DNA of 64,000 nucleotides from Raja brachyura (lineage: Eukaryota). The stretch covers positions 21,390,001 through 21,454,000 of the forward strand of contig OY740818.1 in assembly GCA_963514005.1 (NCBI GenBank), read 5' to 3'. How positions within the stretch are numbered: the stretch's first letter is position 1; the number at the start of each line of letters is the position of its first letter. Below the pieces are notes generated by a model. It had not been told where the DNA came from. It searched no databases and saw nothing but the letters and a program-made list of their open reading frames with translations. The position numbers and the translations under genes are program-made. Shown here piece after piece: positions 50,013 through 63,215 of this stretch.

Positions 50013-50154
50013 CTTATGACTAAGTAGGTTTGGATCAGACTATTTGGTGATATGAGCCATGGTGGGACTAATATTGCCTTGGGCTGCAATGGTCATCCTC
50101 ATCTGCAGAAGAAAAGATGCTTACAAAATCAAGTCAGTGCAGGGACTGATTAGA

Positions 50155-50830
50155 TTATCAGTTGCTTAAAGAAAATAAGAAATAGCAGCAGAAATTGGTT
50201 CCATGGCCTCTTGAAGCTGTTCCATCATTCAGTAAGATTATGGGTGATCCCACCTTGGCTTCAGCATCAATTTCCCGCCTGTTCCCACAACCCTTGCCCC
50301 CTTTGTCCAAAAGTCCGTCAGGATCGGCCATGAATATATCCATCGATGAAGTCTCCACAGCGAATTCACAACATTCCCAGCTCTCTCAGACAAGCAACTT
50401 CTCCTCAAATGGGCAAGCTTTTATTCTGAAATTACTGTAGAGTCACACAGCACGGAAACAGGCCCTACGTCCCCAATTTGCCCATGCAGGCCAAGGTGCC
50501 TCATCTAAGCTAGTCCCACATGTCTGCGTTTAGCCCATATCCCTCTTACCCTTTCCTGTCCATGTACCTGTCCAAATGTCATCTAATTATTGTTATAGTA
50601 CCTACTTCAACTAACAACTCATTCCATACATCCACCACCCTGAGTCTGAAAAAGTTGCCCCTCAGTTTCCTATTAACTCTGTCCCCTCTCACCTTAACCG
50701 TATCTCCTCTGGTTCATGATTTCCCTAGTTTGGGTAAAAGGCTTTATGCATTCACCATATCTATTTCCCTCACAATTTTATACAGCTCTATAAGATCGAA
50801 CCTCAGCTTCCTGGGCTCCAAGGAATAAAG
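50155..50830 (-). mobile_element. Two CR1-clade LINE fragments
   Basis: Reverse complements of family 3' ends and RT C-terminal sequence. Confidence 0.75.
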
Positions 50831-51590
50831 TCGTGACAAGGAATAAAGTCCGGATTAAATTCCAGTGTATATATACCTTGGCAAAGAGAAACATTCTCAG
50901 AGTCTATCAAGTCAGTGCAGGGACTGCTTAAAGAAAATAAGAAATTGCAGCAGAAATTGAAGCTGTCCCATCATTCAATAAGATTCTGGGTGGAGTATTG
51001 GAGTAAGTCAATGTCCTCTTTGTCCTAAGTATCCATGTCCTCCAGAGCTGCTGCCTGATCAGCTGAGTTACTCCTGCACTGTGTTCTACACTACATCCAG
51101 GTCGTTGCGTGCTCCATTTACATCTCTGTCCATTTAAACAAAAAAATGTTTGCTCAAAATAATAAATTTATTCTCACATTGAGTATAGAAGCTGAGACGT
51201 TAGGTGACAGTTGTCCAAGATGTTGGTGAGCCACATTTGGAGCGTAATGATGAATTTTGGTCATCCCGCTCCAGGAAGGAAGTTATTAAACTGGAAAGAG
51301 TCCAGAGAAAATTTACAAGGATGTTACCAGGGCTCGAGGGCCTGATCTATCAAGAAAAAATAGGATGAGCTTAGATGAGGCATCTTGGTCAGCATTGCCA
51401 AGTTGGGCAGAAGGGCCTGTTTCCGTGCTGTATGACGTGTTTTTTCTAAGGGCTCAATTGTATAAAGGCAGAATTCCTTTCTCTCACTTCAAATAAATAA
51501 AGAGGACATCAGTGGTCATTGCTTGACATGGTGCAGTATTAATAGGGAACATATCACAGTAACTTTCATAGGATCAAAGTAAAACGGTAC

Positions 51591-51677
51591 CTTTTGACTT
51601 CCTTGGCGTCACTTGCAATGAAGAAACCCAATGTGCCTTCATGGATCTTGATGTGGTTCCCAGGATTGATTAATATG
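51591..51677 (-). CDS. kcnma1: KCNMA1 constitutive exon, 87 nt: (S)[28 protein letters not shown](R)
   Basis: Acceptor tgttttgtgtttttgctgagtag, donor AAG|gtaccg, phase 2/2. Matches Slo1 [29 protein letters not shown]. Confidence 0.98.
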
Positions 51678-52116
51678 CTACTCAGCAAAAACACAAAACA
51701 CCACATTTCTGTTAGTTAATGGAGGAGAAAAAAACATTCTCTCGCTGGTGGACAAAACAAAGGGAATAGCATTCCTATTGTGATGGAAATCATTCCCATA
51801 TGAACTTAAGTTTCAATAGCTCTATAGACTCTAACAGATGACCAAATGATTCAATTAATAAGTGAAAGGAGCTTTCTTGTTAGTCCTGCAATATTAAGAT
51901 GCATTGTAACCAAAGCACCAGCTGCTTAAAAATATACTGCCTTGATGAATTCTTATTTATCCTAATATGAAAACTCTCAGTGGAAAATTATGGGTCACAT
52001 GATTTTATGATTTTATCCGGCTTTAACAAGCATCTGGATCAACAGTGAACGTGCAGTTTCAAGATAACTTTATAGGTCAACTTTCCTGAGAATAGTTATT
52101 GTTGTTTTGCCTCTAA

Positions 52117-52405
52117 TGCCCCTGTCCCACTTAGGAAACCTGAACGGAAACCTCTGGAGACTTTGCGCCCCATCCAAGGTTTCCGTGCGTTCCCGTAGGT
52201 TTTTGTCAGTCTCCCTAATGGTCAAAAGTGGTTTCCGTTTTAAAAATCGGTAATTTTTTTAGTCAAAGCCGGTTGCGATGCTAGTTGAAGGTGGTTGCCG
52301 GAGAACAAAAACCTCCGGGAACCTCCGGGAACCTCACGGAAACCTTGTGTGGGGCGCAAAGTCTCCAGAGGTTTCCGTTCAGGTTTCCTCAGTGGGACAG
52401 GGGCA
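52117..52405. mobile_element. Fold-back MITE with ~85-bp inverted arms
   Basis: tgcccctgtcccacttaggaaacctgaacggaaacctctggagactttgcgcccca and its reverse complement, flanked by taa/tta. Confidence 0.92.
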
Positions 52406-54477
52406 TTAAGAGTAGCGTTTTCTTCTACACCATTGCCTCTTTTTTGTTTGCCATTCTTTGTTTCATGTTTTGGTTAGGCTCTCCATAAGAACATTTCCCT
52501 GAAATTCGAAAGTTATGTTTTCTAAAGCTTCCTCCCACTTATATCTTGATAGATGGGATGATTATTGTCTCAGTTTTCCTGGGTTTTATTCACAGATATA
52601 AAATTGGGATTTTTGTTCAAAGTTAACATTTGGGGGAGGTTATGATTTGTTATTAAATGGCAGAAGTTTGTGGTGGCAGAGTAAATCACTGCTTTGATAA
52701 GGGAAGTGGATCAGCACAAGAGGGGGAGCCATTTGCAAGGCTACAGGGAAATGGAACAGATGGATTTGTCCTACCAGCCTTCAGCACAAACTTGATGGGC
52801 TGAATGGCCTGAATCTGTATCGTAACAATGACTTTTTTATGCTGACAGTCCAATGTGAACAGGTTCTTGCCATTTTTACCATCTCTGTGGGAGTGGGATG
52901 GAAGTTGGGTGGGATTTGACAAACCAAAGAATTATATTTCAAATGCCAACCAATCTCACGTACGTGAAATCTTTATAGCAATACTTTGGCGGAGGAACTA
53001 TAGAGCAAGATTTATTACCCACTTACAGGTGGAAAATCAAGCTTAAAATGAAGCTACTGTTCACAGATAATTTAACAAGGCTGCAGCAGCAGTGTTTCGG
53101 TAGTTTCAACAGCTCCCTTGTGATTGGCAAACAATGCGTGCTACTTGTAATATCATCAATTAACCATAACTTATCAATGGTTTAAAGCAACGGTCATAAT
53201 ACTTCAGAAATAATGCACGTCAAGTGTAGAGCTACTGCACAGCACAGCTGTATGCTAAATTAGGCAGTTGGCCCAAAGGAAAGAGGTTGTTGGCACACTT
53301 TAGAAACAAGAATCGCAAACTCCACGTCTGCACTGCTGTTTTCAGTAACTTTGGTTCCCGGTTATGCTGCTTTAAACATCCAGCCCTTTCGCCCGCCCAC
53401 TCGCGACCCACTCGCCTTTTAAACAGTTTAGTTTTCATATTTCATAAGTATTTGCTTTCTGGTTGACTAGAAGCACAAACGCATGGGAAGGAAGGGTCTC
53501 AATACAGGAAGGACACTCAAGGAGAGACACGTTCACAATTAAAGCACAGCAACACTACAATTGCTTCCAGGAATGAACTCCACGCACATGGTAACGATTT
53601 GTTATCAGTCGGGGGCACCTTCTCAAGCGGGATAAAATGGAATTTAGCAAGGATGCTAGATGAGATTAACAAAACGATCTTTCTCCCTAACGGCTCAGTC
53701 TCATAGTTTTCACAGTTTGTCATTTAGCTGATATTTTTTCAATTATCTCATCCATTTGCTCTATCTTTATAACATCATTCGAACCCATGCACTGTGTCCA
53801 CTCCTCAATCCATCTCAAATGTTAAGAGCCCAAATTAGCCCTTTGACCACAAGGTATTACAGGTGCAGAAATGAACACTTTTGCTAGTGGACATTTCTAA
53901 AACATGGCAAAAAATAAAATAGCCCTTACTAATGGTCAGCAATAAACTATTTTCTTAATGAATATTACTAACATAGGTTGGAAATAATCTTTTTCCTCAC
54001 AATCATCCCTGATTCACTGCACATGTGAAGCCAGATTTAAATACTTCAGAACAGGTTCATAAGATGTGGACCAACCTGTATTTGAAAACTTTTAACTCTT
54101 ATGAAAGATTTTACTTTCCCTTACTTCCGTTTTGTTTATCTTGTGAGGACTTTGAAGCTTTTCTATATTTAATATCTTTCTACGTTCTTTCATATATTGG
54201 TGTAGTGCCATTGAAATTGCTTTGCATTTCATTCAATGCCAAACTATTATATTTCCTTTCCGCATGGATTCTGTGGAGTCTGACGCACCTCATGCCCAGG
54301 ATTTATTCAAAATGAAATAATTTGACAGCGGCTAATTGCCAAACAAAAATTTCATTTGTGTGACACATTTTCACATGAACAGAAGGTCTCTACTTAATAA
54401 TTGAGCAAAAATCTGAGACTCGTTCAAGCTAAATTCCAATAGGTGAGAAACAGCCCATCTTGTCACACTGATTGAAG

Positions 54478-54695
54478 GTTGACACAAAATGCTGGAGTAA
54501 CTCGGCGGGACAGGCAGCATCTCCGGAGAGAAGGAATGGGTGATGTTTCAGGTCGAGACCCTTATTCGGACAGGAGTCCTAACCTGAAACATCACCCATT
54601 CCTTCTCTCCAGAGTTGCTGCCTGCCCCGCTGATTCACTCCAGCATTCTGTGTCTATCTTCGGTTTAAACCAGCTTCTGCAGTTGCTTCCTACAC
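54478..54695. mobile_element. Penelope-derived palindromic element
   Basis: gacacaaaatgctggagt...gaatgggtgatgtttcagg / cctgaaacatcacccattc...ctccagcattctgtgtc. Confidence 0.8.
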
Positions 54696-55016
54696 TTTGT
54701 CAGGCTGATTGCGTGGCCTAATTACCTAATTCACTAAGTGATTCTTACATCTGAAACTCAGTAATGTTAGTCTTCAGATATCCGGTTGATTATTGCACCT
54801 CCTGATGGGTTTTTTAGACAGGTAGAAAATTTACAGCTCATGTCCCTGGTTATTCACCTGTGCACAAACTTTCCAACTTACGATAACATGGACATTTAGC
54901 ACTTGGAAATGTTTTCTCCAGAGAATCAAAGAGAAAAATAAAAATCATGCCTTTCATATCAAGGACCATGGAACAGCATCACCTTACAGCATTTGTGGAA
55001 AGATTAACAGACTAAA

Positions 55017-55225
55017 CAGTCTGAAGAACGGTCCCAACACGAAACATCACCTATTCCTTTTCTCCAGAGATGCTGTCTGACCTGTTGAGTTCCTCCAGCA
55101 TTTTGTGTCTATCTTCCTCTATTTGAAACATTAACCCTGTTTCTCTTTTCACATGTGCTTCCTGACCTATTGAAGGTATGGATCATTTTCTATTTTATTT
55201 CAGGTTTCCAGCATCTGCAGTTTTT
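55017..55225 (+). mobile_element. Penelope-derived fragments (degenerate hammerhead-like motif)
   Basis: ctgaagaacggtcccaacacgaaacatcacc. Confidence 0.7.
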
Positions 55226-55574
55226 TTTAAAAGCAGATATTGAATTAGGGTAAAATAATGGGATTTTTGGAGTAGTAGTAATCTTAATTGGATGTTGTAA
55301 ATCACAGCATTTTATTTTATCCATTACTATTGGATTTAATACAGTCCATGTCCTAAAATGTCAAAAAGCTGTCAATACATCCACTTTGGGAAACACTAAG
55401 GATTTATTTTGAATGAAATAATTTTGTGGCAGCTAATAAAAAGTATAGTTCATTATAATTTATATACCAACTTGTCACATTCTAGCACATTAATATCAGC
55501 CTTGCCAAGTTTATGTTCTATTTAAGCTGATGGTCCTTACACAGCCTCAGGTTTTATAGCTAGATAGAGTAGAA

Positions 55575-55815
55575 ATGTGAGTGTGAGTGCGAGTGTGAGT
55601 GTGAGTGAGAATGCGTGTGTGAGTGTGAGTATAGGTGTGGATGAACGTGAATGCGAGTGTGAGTGCGGGTGCGGGTGAGTGTGAATGCCAGTGTGGCTGT
55701 GAGTGCGAGTGTGAATGAGTGTGAGTGCGGGTGCAAGTGTGCATGTGAGTGAGAGTGAGTACGAGTGTGAGTGGAGTGGAGTGTGCGCGTGCACATGCGT
55801 GTGTATGCGTGTGCA
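55575..55815. repeat. (GAGTGT)n / TG-rich simple repeat
   Basis: Imperfect hexamer repeat. Confidence 0.92.
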
Positions 55816-55869
55816 TATTTCCTAGCCAGTGTAGACATTGCTGTTCTCATGTAAGTTTTTCTTCTGGTG

Positions 55870-56135
55870 TACATAGAACAGTACAGCACAAGAACAGGCC
55901 CTTCAGCCCACAGTGCCTGTGCCAAACATGATGCCAAGACCATTTCTTATCTACCTGCACATACCATTCCTTTCATGTTCATATGCCTATCTTCTTAAAT
56001 GCCACTAACGTATCCACCTCGACCACTATCTCCATCCAGGCACTCGCCCCCTCCTCTGTGTATAAAAGATTTGTTCTGCACATCTCCTTTAAACTTTCCC
56101 CCTCTCACCTTAAAGCTATGGCCACTAGTATTTGA
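55870..56135 (-). mobile_element. CR1-clade LINE 3' fragment
   Basis: catagaacagtacagcacaagaacaggcccttcagcccac...ctcaccttaaagctatg. Confidence 0.8.
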
Positions 56136-56318
56136 GTCGAAAGCAGAATTCTGCAGATCCAATCCAATATTCCATTGGCTTTATAATTAGAATATAAATT
56201 AATAAAACCCAGTTAGAGAGCCAATTTCCACACATCAGAAAATTATTCAGGCAAGATTGAACGATTAACGGATTAAAATTTAACCAGAAAGTTAAGGAGG
56301 AATCCTGGAAGCAATTAC

Positions 56319-56477
56319 CGTCGGGGTGGGGTAGACGAGTTCACTGGAGCACCACACACAGAACAAACAACTTCATAAAGTAGCGGTGCATCAACTGCAG
56401 TCCACGAGTGACTACAATAAATGCTGGAGGATGCCCGAAGGACAAGAATGATAGATAGTCCTCCTCTACTTTTGTTG
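56319..56477 (-). CDS. kcnma1: Candidate KCNMA1 alternative cassette exon, 159 nt, at the SRKR splice position
   Basis: Acceptor tgcttgtgtgctgtggtctttgtag, donor ACG|gtaatt, symmetric phase 2, stop-free in the KCNMA1 frame. No transcript support available. Confidence 0.5.
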
Positions 56478-58679
56478 CTACAAAGACCACAGCACACAAG
56501 CATGGAGGTAACAAATCAGGGAGATGAGGACGGACGCAAAGCAGGGGAGGAGATGCAGTTTGAGAAATAAAGAGAATAAGTGGTTGGCTGGGTAGATTAT
56601 TAATTAAATGAAGCCCAATAAAAAAAAGTTAAAACAAAAAAAAATTTAATTACAATAAAATATTTCATGGGCATTTTGGGGTGAATGAAGAATGTCAAGA
56701 CACTATATTTCACGATGACATTTTGCTCAACATCAAGCAACAAATGTGGACTGATGACCAGTGGTTGTCTCAAATCGTGGGCTGAGGGACAACTTCAATG
56801 CCTGCTAATGCCAGATATCCTCAGCTGCTTGCTGCATTGAATGCACGTCCAAAATTGTGTTCAGATATCCCCATGGAGTGTTTTAAATTATCATTGCAAA
56901 AAAAAAAAAAATTTAAACCATCAAACGCATTAATTGACAATTTGATTTGTGATTGTTCTTCATTGCTGCAGCAGATTCACATGCACCTTAAAGCACGATG
57001 CGTGTGGAATCTGAAGGTAGTCGAAGAGAGAGACTTCGTAGGATGTTATGGCTGACTGGTGTCTGGAGGTGGGTGGGGGGGGGGCTGGATGAAGGGGGAT
57101 AAAAATCTTCATGGCAGTAAAGTCTGTAAAATGAAATGATCTGGGACAATCTGTGATACAACAATGTGGGACTATTAAAAAATATATCACATCACCATTT
57201 TATTTGGTGCATTTAAATAAATGCAAACTCAAGAAAAAGTACTTGGGTCAGATGTTGCTGAAAAATGCTTCAAACTGCACTGTGTCATGCTTACACTGAC
57301 TGCCCTTGGTAATGTCCAATGCAGATATGCTAGACCTCCTCTTGGACTTCAGATGATCCCTAGTCTTGCTGAGATTCCCAAACATTTACTCAGGGGCCCT
57401 GCCTCTCAGACCAAGCACAGGATTCCAGGACACCATTGGTGCAAGCATGGATTGTAGGAAAAGAGAGGGTTAGTTAATTTTCATTAACTATCTCAACTTG
57501 CTTTGATGTTGTTAGTTATCTGCACGCAATTTAATCAGCTTTATATTTTTATATTAAAAAAACAATTGTTACATATAAAAAATATAACACTAATTAAACT
57601 GCATAACCAAACACATCAAAGCAAGTGAAGATAAGATCCTCCCTTTACAATTTTCTTGATTACAATTTGAATATAATTTAGAACAGTAATATCTCACTCC
57701 TAAAGACTGGCGTAGGAGGGATTGGAATATGGGATTTCCCAGCAGACAAAGCTTGCAGGGTAGATTTGAGGAGGGGTCTCCACACTGCACTGCCCATGAC
57801 TTTCATAGTGGGATCCTAATTATGGAGGGGCAGCAGATTTGCTGTATGCATTGATGTCTGGAGGTCATGGGTGGCTGGTTCGGGCGGGTATATGTATGCC
57901 ACTTGCGGGCGGGGTATATGTATATCACTTGTGGTCACTTCATATACGTCACTTGAGGGCGGAGTATCAAGGCAAATTCCTTGTATGTGAATACTTGGCC
58001 AATAAACCTATTCATTCATTAATTCATTTCTACATCAACAAGATCTTGGCAAAAAATATATTGTTTTGGTTTCATTCTGCCAATTTGGGATGGGTAAAGG
58101 GCTGAGCTATCTGAGAAATTAGACCAGCAAAGGGAAGAAGTAAAGATCTGAAGTGAAAGTGGAGGTAAATTGGATTGGATGGAAAGTAAATGAAGAGGGC
58201 TTTTACCACTTGGCACCTCTGTAAACAACAAGAAAACAATTCAATGAAATGCCATTTAGAAACAAATAGCTCACAACATCAAACAAAGGAAATGATCCAA
58301 TTTGGCAAACACAAAACAAGGAAAATAGTTTTGCATCTTCGAATACATGAACATAAAACAGCAAAAAAACAAGACAAAATCCTGGCAACAGGAACATATA
58401 ATCTGAATGTTGATCAAGATTTGTTCACAGCAGTTTGAAAGAATTAGGGAAGTAAATGTCTACTTTCCAATTGATATTGAGATACATATGAAAAGTGCTA
58501 CTTAACAACATTTTATGAACTTCACCACATGATGCATTTTGGTAATCAAAATGGTTTATGACTATTCAGGGCGTAATTAAATCTCAGCTTCAATGTATCT
58601 TTGAGATTGTCCATCTCGACTGCTTTTGTTTGCCATTTCAATTCAGTCCATATTGTCTTCTCAATGTGATAGTTGAAGC

Positions 58680-58992
58680 TCAGTTTAAAGATACAGCATG
58701 AAAACTGAGCCTTCAGCCCATCGAGTCCATGATCATCAATCACCATTCACACTGAATCCCACTTTCTCGTCCATTCCTTACACACTGGGGACAATTTTAT
58801 AGAGGCCAATTAACCTACAAAACAGCAGGTCTTTGGGATGTAGGAGGAAACTGGAGCATCTGGAGGAAGCCCAGGCGGCCACAGGGAGAACGTGCAAACT
58901 CCAGACAAGACAGCACCCGAGGTCCAGATCGAACCAGGGCTCCTAGTGCTGTGAGATAACAGCTCTATCAGCTGCACCACAGTGCCACCCTG
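58680..58992 (-). mobile_element. HE1-like V-SINE (diverged)
   Basis: gccaattaacctacaaa...gtgcaaactcca...gacagcacccgaggtc. Confidence 0.82.
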
Positions 58993-60315
58993 GTCTTCAA
59001 ACTTGCACTGTTAAAATGCCCCTGTAACATCTAGTAAAAGTAATCCAGGAATGCAAAGCAGGAAATGCCAGAAATTGCACCTTGCTCAGCCTCTGAAAAT
59101 GGCATTGTTATTTTAGGCAAGATCTATCTATCATTGGCATGATTGAACCAACCTGAATATTAACTTATTGTCTCTCTTAAATGGAGGTGCTGTTATGTTT
59201 TCCAAAATATCCTTTCATTACAATAATTGTGGTGCACTTTTCCCTCTCATATCACACAACAATTAGGCTTTACAAATAGTTCTGCAACCTGGACAGCAGT
59301 TAATTTAATCTTTAATGGAAAAGGATGGACATGAACTATATTTTACATGAGATGACACTATAACATTGAGGAGATAATGACAGTGAGAAGATGATTAGAC
59401 CTTCTAATTAGTGTTAGCTGATACATAGTGCTTCATGTGGGAACTTCATTACATCTTCCCAGTGTCTGATCCATGTAGCATTAAGGAGATGGTTAATGCC
59501 AGATCTAAATAAAATTAAGATAGTTCCTCGAGCAATTCTCCAACCATGTGATTGTAGAGCGTTCATCAGCTGAGATCTATGGTTTGATAAAAAAACGGTT
59601 CCGTGAAACCTTAATTAATTGCAATCGGAGGAACTTTGAGATGTTTGGCAAACAGTTCTCTTTTGTAACATAATATTCTCGCTGTCAAATGGACATAGCA
59701 GCCTAAAGATTGGGCAAGATTGGCCTGCATGGCGGGAAATTTGATCTACTGTGGCTATTAAAGCACAGTAGCTCCTATGCCTTCTCCATGTTAGCCCTTG
59801 AGCTTCAGAGCAAGACTGATGGGATGGGCAACTGCAGTTGGACATGAATGATTGAGCACAATTTCCTCGCAGCGCGGGCAGTGTTTAAGCAGTAACGCGC
59901 TTGGTTCTTTCGACCAGGTTTTGCACTACCACTTGCTACCAGAGGATGTACCACGATGGCAGGAGTTATTGGACTTTACATCAGCCCCTAACAACTAACC
60001 ACGGCTGTGGATGGGTTTGTGATTATATTTCTTGAGAACCAACAATACATGTCACTATCAACTGGGAATCAGTATTGGATCAATAAAGTTTGCTTAATGC
60101 AAATGACTGGATTAGGGAGCAGTTTGCTTAACATGATGCTGCTCTGTTAAGTGGTTTGTACAACATCAACTGAGCTTAAATCAGCAGCATTTATCCTCTT
60201 TCACATTTCAGAGCAGCTAATTCTGACTACATTAACTGAATTAAATTTACAGTACATTGTTTTACTTCCTAATAGGTGTCAAGTGCATGTAAGTACACAA
60301 CTATAACTTCCTCTG

Positions 60316-60472
60316 TTAGATGTGGCCCTTGTGGCTAAAGGGATCAGGGGGCATGGAGAAAAGGCAGGTACAGGATACTGAGTTGGATGATCAGCCATGA
60401 TCATATTGAATGGCGGTGCAGGCTCGAAGGGCCGAATGGCCCACTCCTGCAACTATTTTCTATGTTTCTATG
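60316..60472 (+). mobile_element. CR1-clade LINE 3' tail
   Basis: Near-identical to the reverse complement of 48535-48690. Confidence 0.9.
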
Positions 60473-60650
60473 TAACTGGGCTCTGGGTGATGTAAGAAGC
60501 ACTGGGCAAGGTTTCAGCAGGTACAATGGTATGGGCACAATGTGAACTGACACCAGGAACATTGGGGGTTTGGCAGTCTTAGGAGAGCACCTCTGATGGT
60601 CTACAGTCAGTAAGGATCATCCTCTTTAGCCCATAGAAGAGTCATGGGAT

Positions 60651-60710
60651 CTGGATATCAGGTAGGATATCTGGATATCAGGTAGGATATCTGGATATCA
60701 GGTAGGATAT
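60651..60710. repeat. 20-bp tandem repeat x3
   Basis: ctggatatcaggtaggatat three times exactly. Confidence 0.95.
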
Positions 60711-61574
60711 GGCCTTGTGGCAAAGATCACAGATCTTATTGAATGGCGGAATGGATTTAGCAAAATCTTGCTGTTGTTCTTTACATTCTCAGGAACAATA
60801 ATCGTGATGTAACAAGAAACTAAAACTGCTCTGAAAAATCCTGTCGCCTCCACATTAACCAAAAGTTCCTGTACAACACATATTTTGACAGGCAAGAGTA
60901 CAAAAGGAACAAAAATAAGGTTATTTGAAATGTGGGGGATTTTTGGAATTGCAGAAATTATGAATGAAAATGATTCATTAATTGTTTTCAATAAGACCTT
61001 GATCTTCCAATTGGCAGCAACTGGGGTAGCACGAGTGCAATAGTAAGTCTGCTTTCTTTTGTCACAAATGATAAAAAAAAGGCAACATTGCTGGCCTCCT
61101 ACCCCTCAGTGGGGAGTCATCTTCAGTCCCTGACCTCCTCTTAGTTCTTTGTAAGTTATCTCCTGTAACAAAGGTTTATTTCTCCCTACAGTGTTTTACA
61201 CGTACGGCCAGTCGCCAGTGAGACACAATGGCACAGATGTCGTGACTTCACCAATGTTCTTCATGTTTTTTTAAAAATACACTGGCCAGGTTTTCGAAAG
61301 GGATGCCAAGCAGGCAGTCAATATAAATACCTGATCTAATAATGCCCATTGTTGTCAGTTAAAGCAAATATGTTGCACTAAGTCAATATTCTGAGGGCAA
61401 CAATTAAATCACATGGACTAATATTGATGAAGGAAATAAATCTGACGTTTGAGAGAATGTTTTGGACTGATGGTCTGAGTTGTAAGCTTTGATCGATTGC
61501 GATGACAATAAACACAACCTCGATCTATAAAGCCTTTCATGGCAGCAGCAATGCTATAATGTTGATAGAGTCAT

Positions 61575-61850
61575 AGACAGATACAGCATGGAACAGGCCC
61601 TTCAGCCCACTGGATCCATGCCAACCCTACACTATTCTAATCCGGTTTAACTCTCCCCGCATTCTCTAACTTCCCAAGGTTCCCCGACACTCTGCAATTT
61701 ACAACAGCCAATTAACCTACCGACCCGCACGACTTTGGGATGTGGGGGGAAACCAGAGAACCCAGTCATAGGGAGAGCATGCAAACTCCACGCAAACAGC
61801 ACCTGAGGTTAGGATTGAACCAGCAGCTTGACTAGCTGTGCCACTGCGAC
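61575..61850 (-). mobile_element. HE1-like V-SINE (old)
   Basis: gccaattaacctac...tgcaaactccac...acagcacctgagg. Confidence 0.7.
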
Positions 61851-62185
61851 GCACCTTCAGCTTGGCGTGGCTTGGGAAGACCCAATTCTTCGAAGAGCCA
61901 TCAGGAGCCAGTAACGATGTTACTTCAGTCACTAGGGTGCTTCATATTGTTTGTTTACCACTTTAAATAACTCTGCAAATAAACCTGGCAACAGCCACAT
62001 AAAGGTTCCGAAAGGCACTTAATCTGATTTAAACTGGCAACGTGAGAGGGGATAAAAAGATGCTGGGTATTTGGCAATGACTGAACACCTGTGTTAATGT
62101 TTAGTGCTCTCTTGATTCTTGGTCCATAAGGAAGATGGAGGTGGAGTTAATACTCACAATTTACAGTGAAGGATGCAGCACCCAC

Positions 62186-62254
62186 CTGCTTTCTCTTGTG
62201 TTAGATTTGTACTCTATCGCCAACAGTAACAGCTTCAGCTTCACAAAGCATAGC
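62186..62254 (-). CDS. kcnma1: KCNMA1 constitutive exon, 69 nt: (E)[22 protein letters not shown](S)
   Basis: Acceptor atttctgctcctcactcag, donor CAG|gtgggt, phase 2/2. Matches Slo1 [23 protein letters not shown]. Confidence 0.97.
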
Positions 62255-62709
62255 CTGAGTGAGGAGCAGAAATAGCCAGTTAGTTGAAGAAGATGGATCT
62301 TGGTGACATTCACAAAATGCTAACAGTGTAGAACAAGGCCATTCAGCCCATTAAATCTATGTAATCCCATTGGGAAAAAGATCCCGACCTTTGATGAATC
62401 CTCATCAGATCCACTTGTGGCCATGGCACTAGTTATAGCTCCCTTGCTCACGTACTCATTGGGTATATTTATGATGACTGGAATCCTGCATGCTTTCTTC
62501 ACCGTGATTGCAGAATCATGGCCAAAAATTGAGGGATGCATTCTTGGTGGAAGCAATCAATGCTGGTGCAATGGTTAGAATACAGCACTAGTGATCCAGC
62601 CACCTGGATCGGGTTCCAGAAACCCAAGTTCAAATCCCACCATGGAACTTAACTTCAGTTAATGAAATAGCCTTGAATTAAAATAAAAAGTAACAAATTC
62701 TTCTGATAG

Positions 62710-63215
62710 TCATACACCAGGTCCTTCGGCCCAACTTGCCCACATTGGCCAACATGCCCCCATCTACACCAGTACCACTTGCCCACGCTTGGTCCATAAC
62801 CCTCTAAACCATATCCATGTACCAGTTCAAATGTCTTTTAAATGTTATTATCGTACCTGCCTCAACTCATTCATCCGGCAACTCGTTCCATATATCTACT
62901 ACCCTTTGTGTGAAAAATGTTACCCCTCGGGTTCCTATTAAATCTTTCCTTAAATCATCCACTCATCCTTAAATCTATGTCGCCTTGTTCTTGTTCTTGA
63001 TTCCCCTACTCTGGACAAAAGACTGGGCAAAAGGGTACATTTACCCAATCTATTCCTCTCATGATCTTGTGCACCTTTATAAGATCAACCTTCATCCTCC
63101 TGCACTCCAAGGAATAAGGTCACCTTCAGCCTATAGCTCAGGCCCTCAAGTCCTGGCAACATCCCCGTAAATCTTCTCCGTAGCTTGACAACATCTTTCC
63201 TACAGCAGAGTGACA
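62710..63215 (-). mobile_element. CR1-clade LINE 3' fragment
   Basis: cttcggcccaacttgcccac...cctgcactccaaggaata...cctggcaacatcc. Confidence 0.85.

Noticed and set aside
53453-53469. aaccagaaagca after a good acceptor, resembling an SRKR microexon
   Set aside because: No GT donor follows, the AG is 2 nt off, and the phase-2 frame hits a stop; at most a decayed relic.
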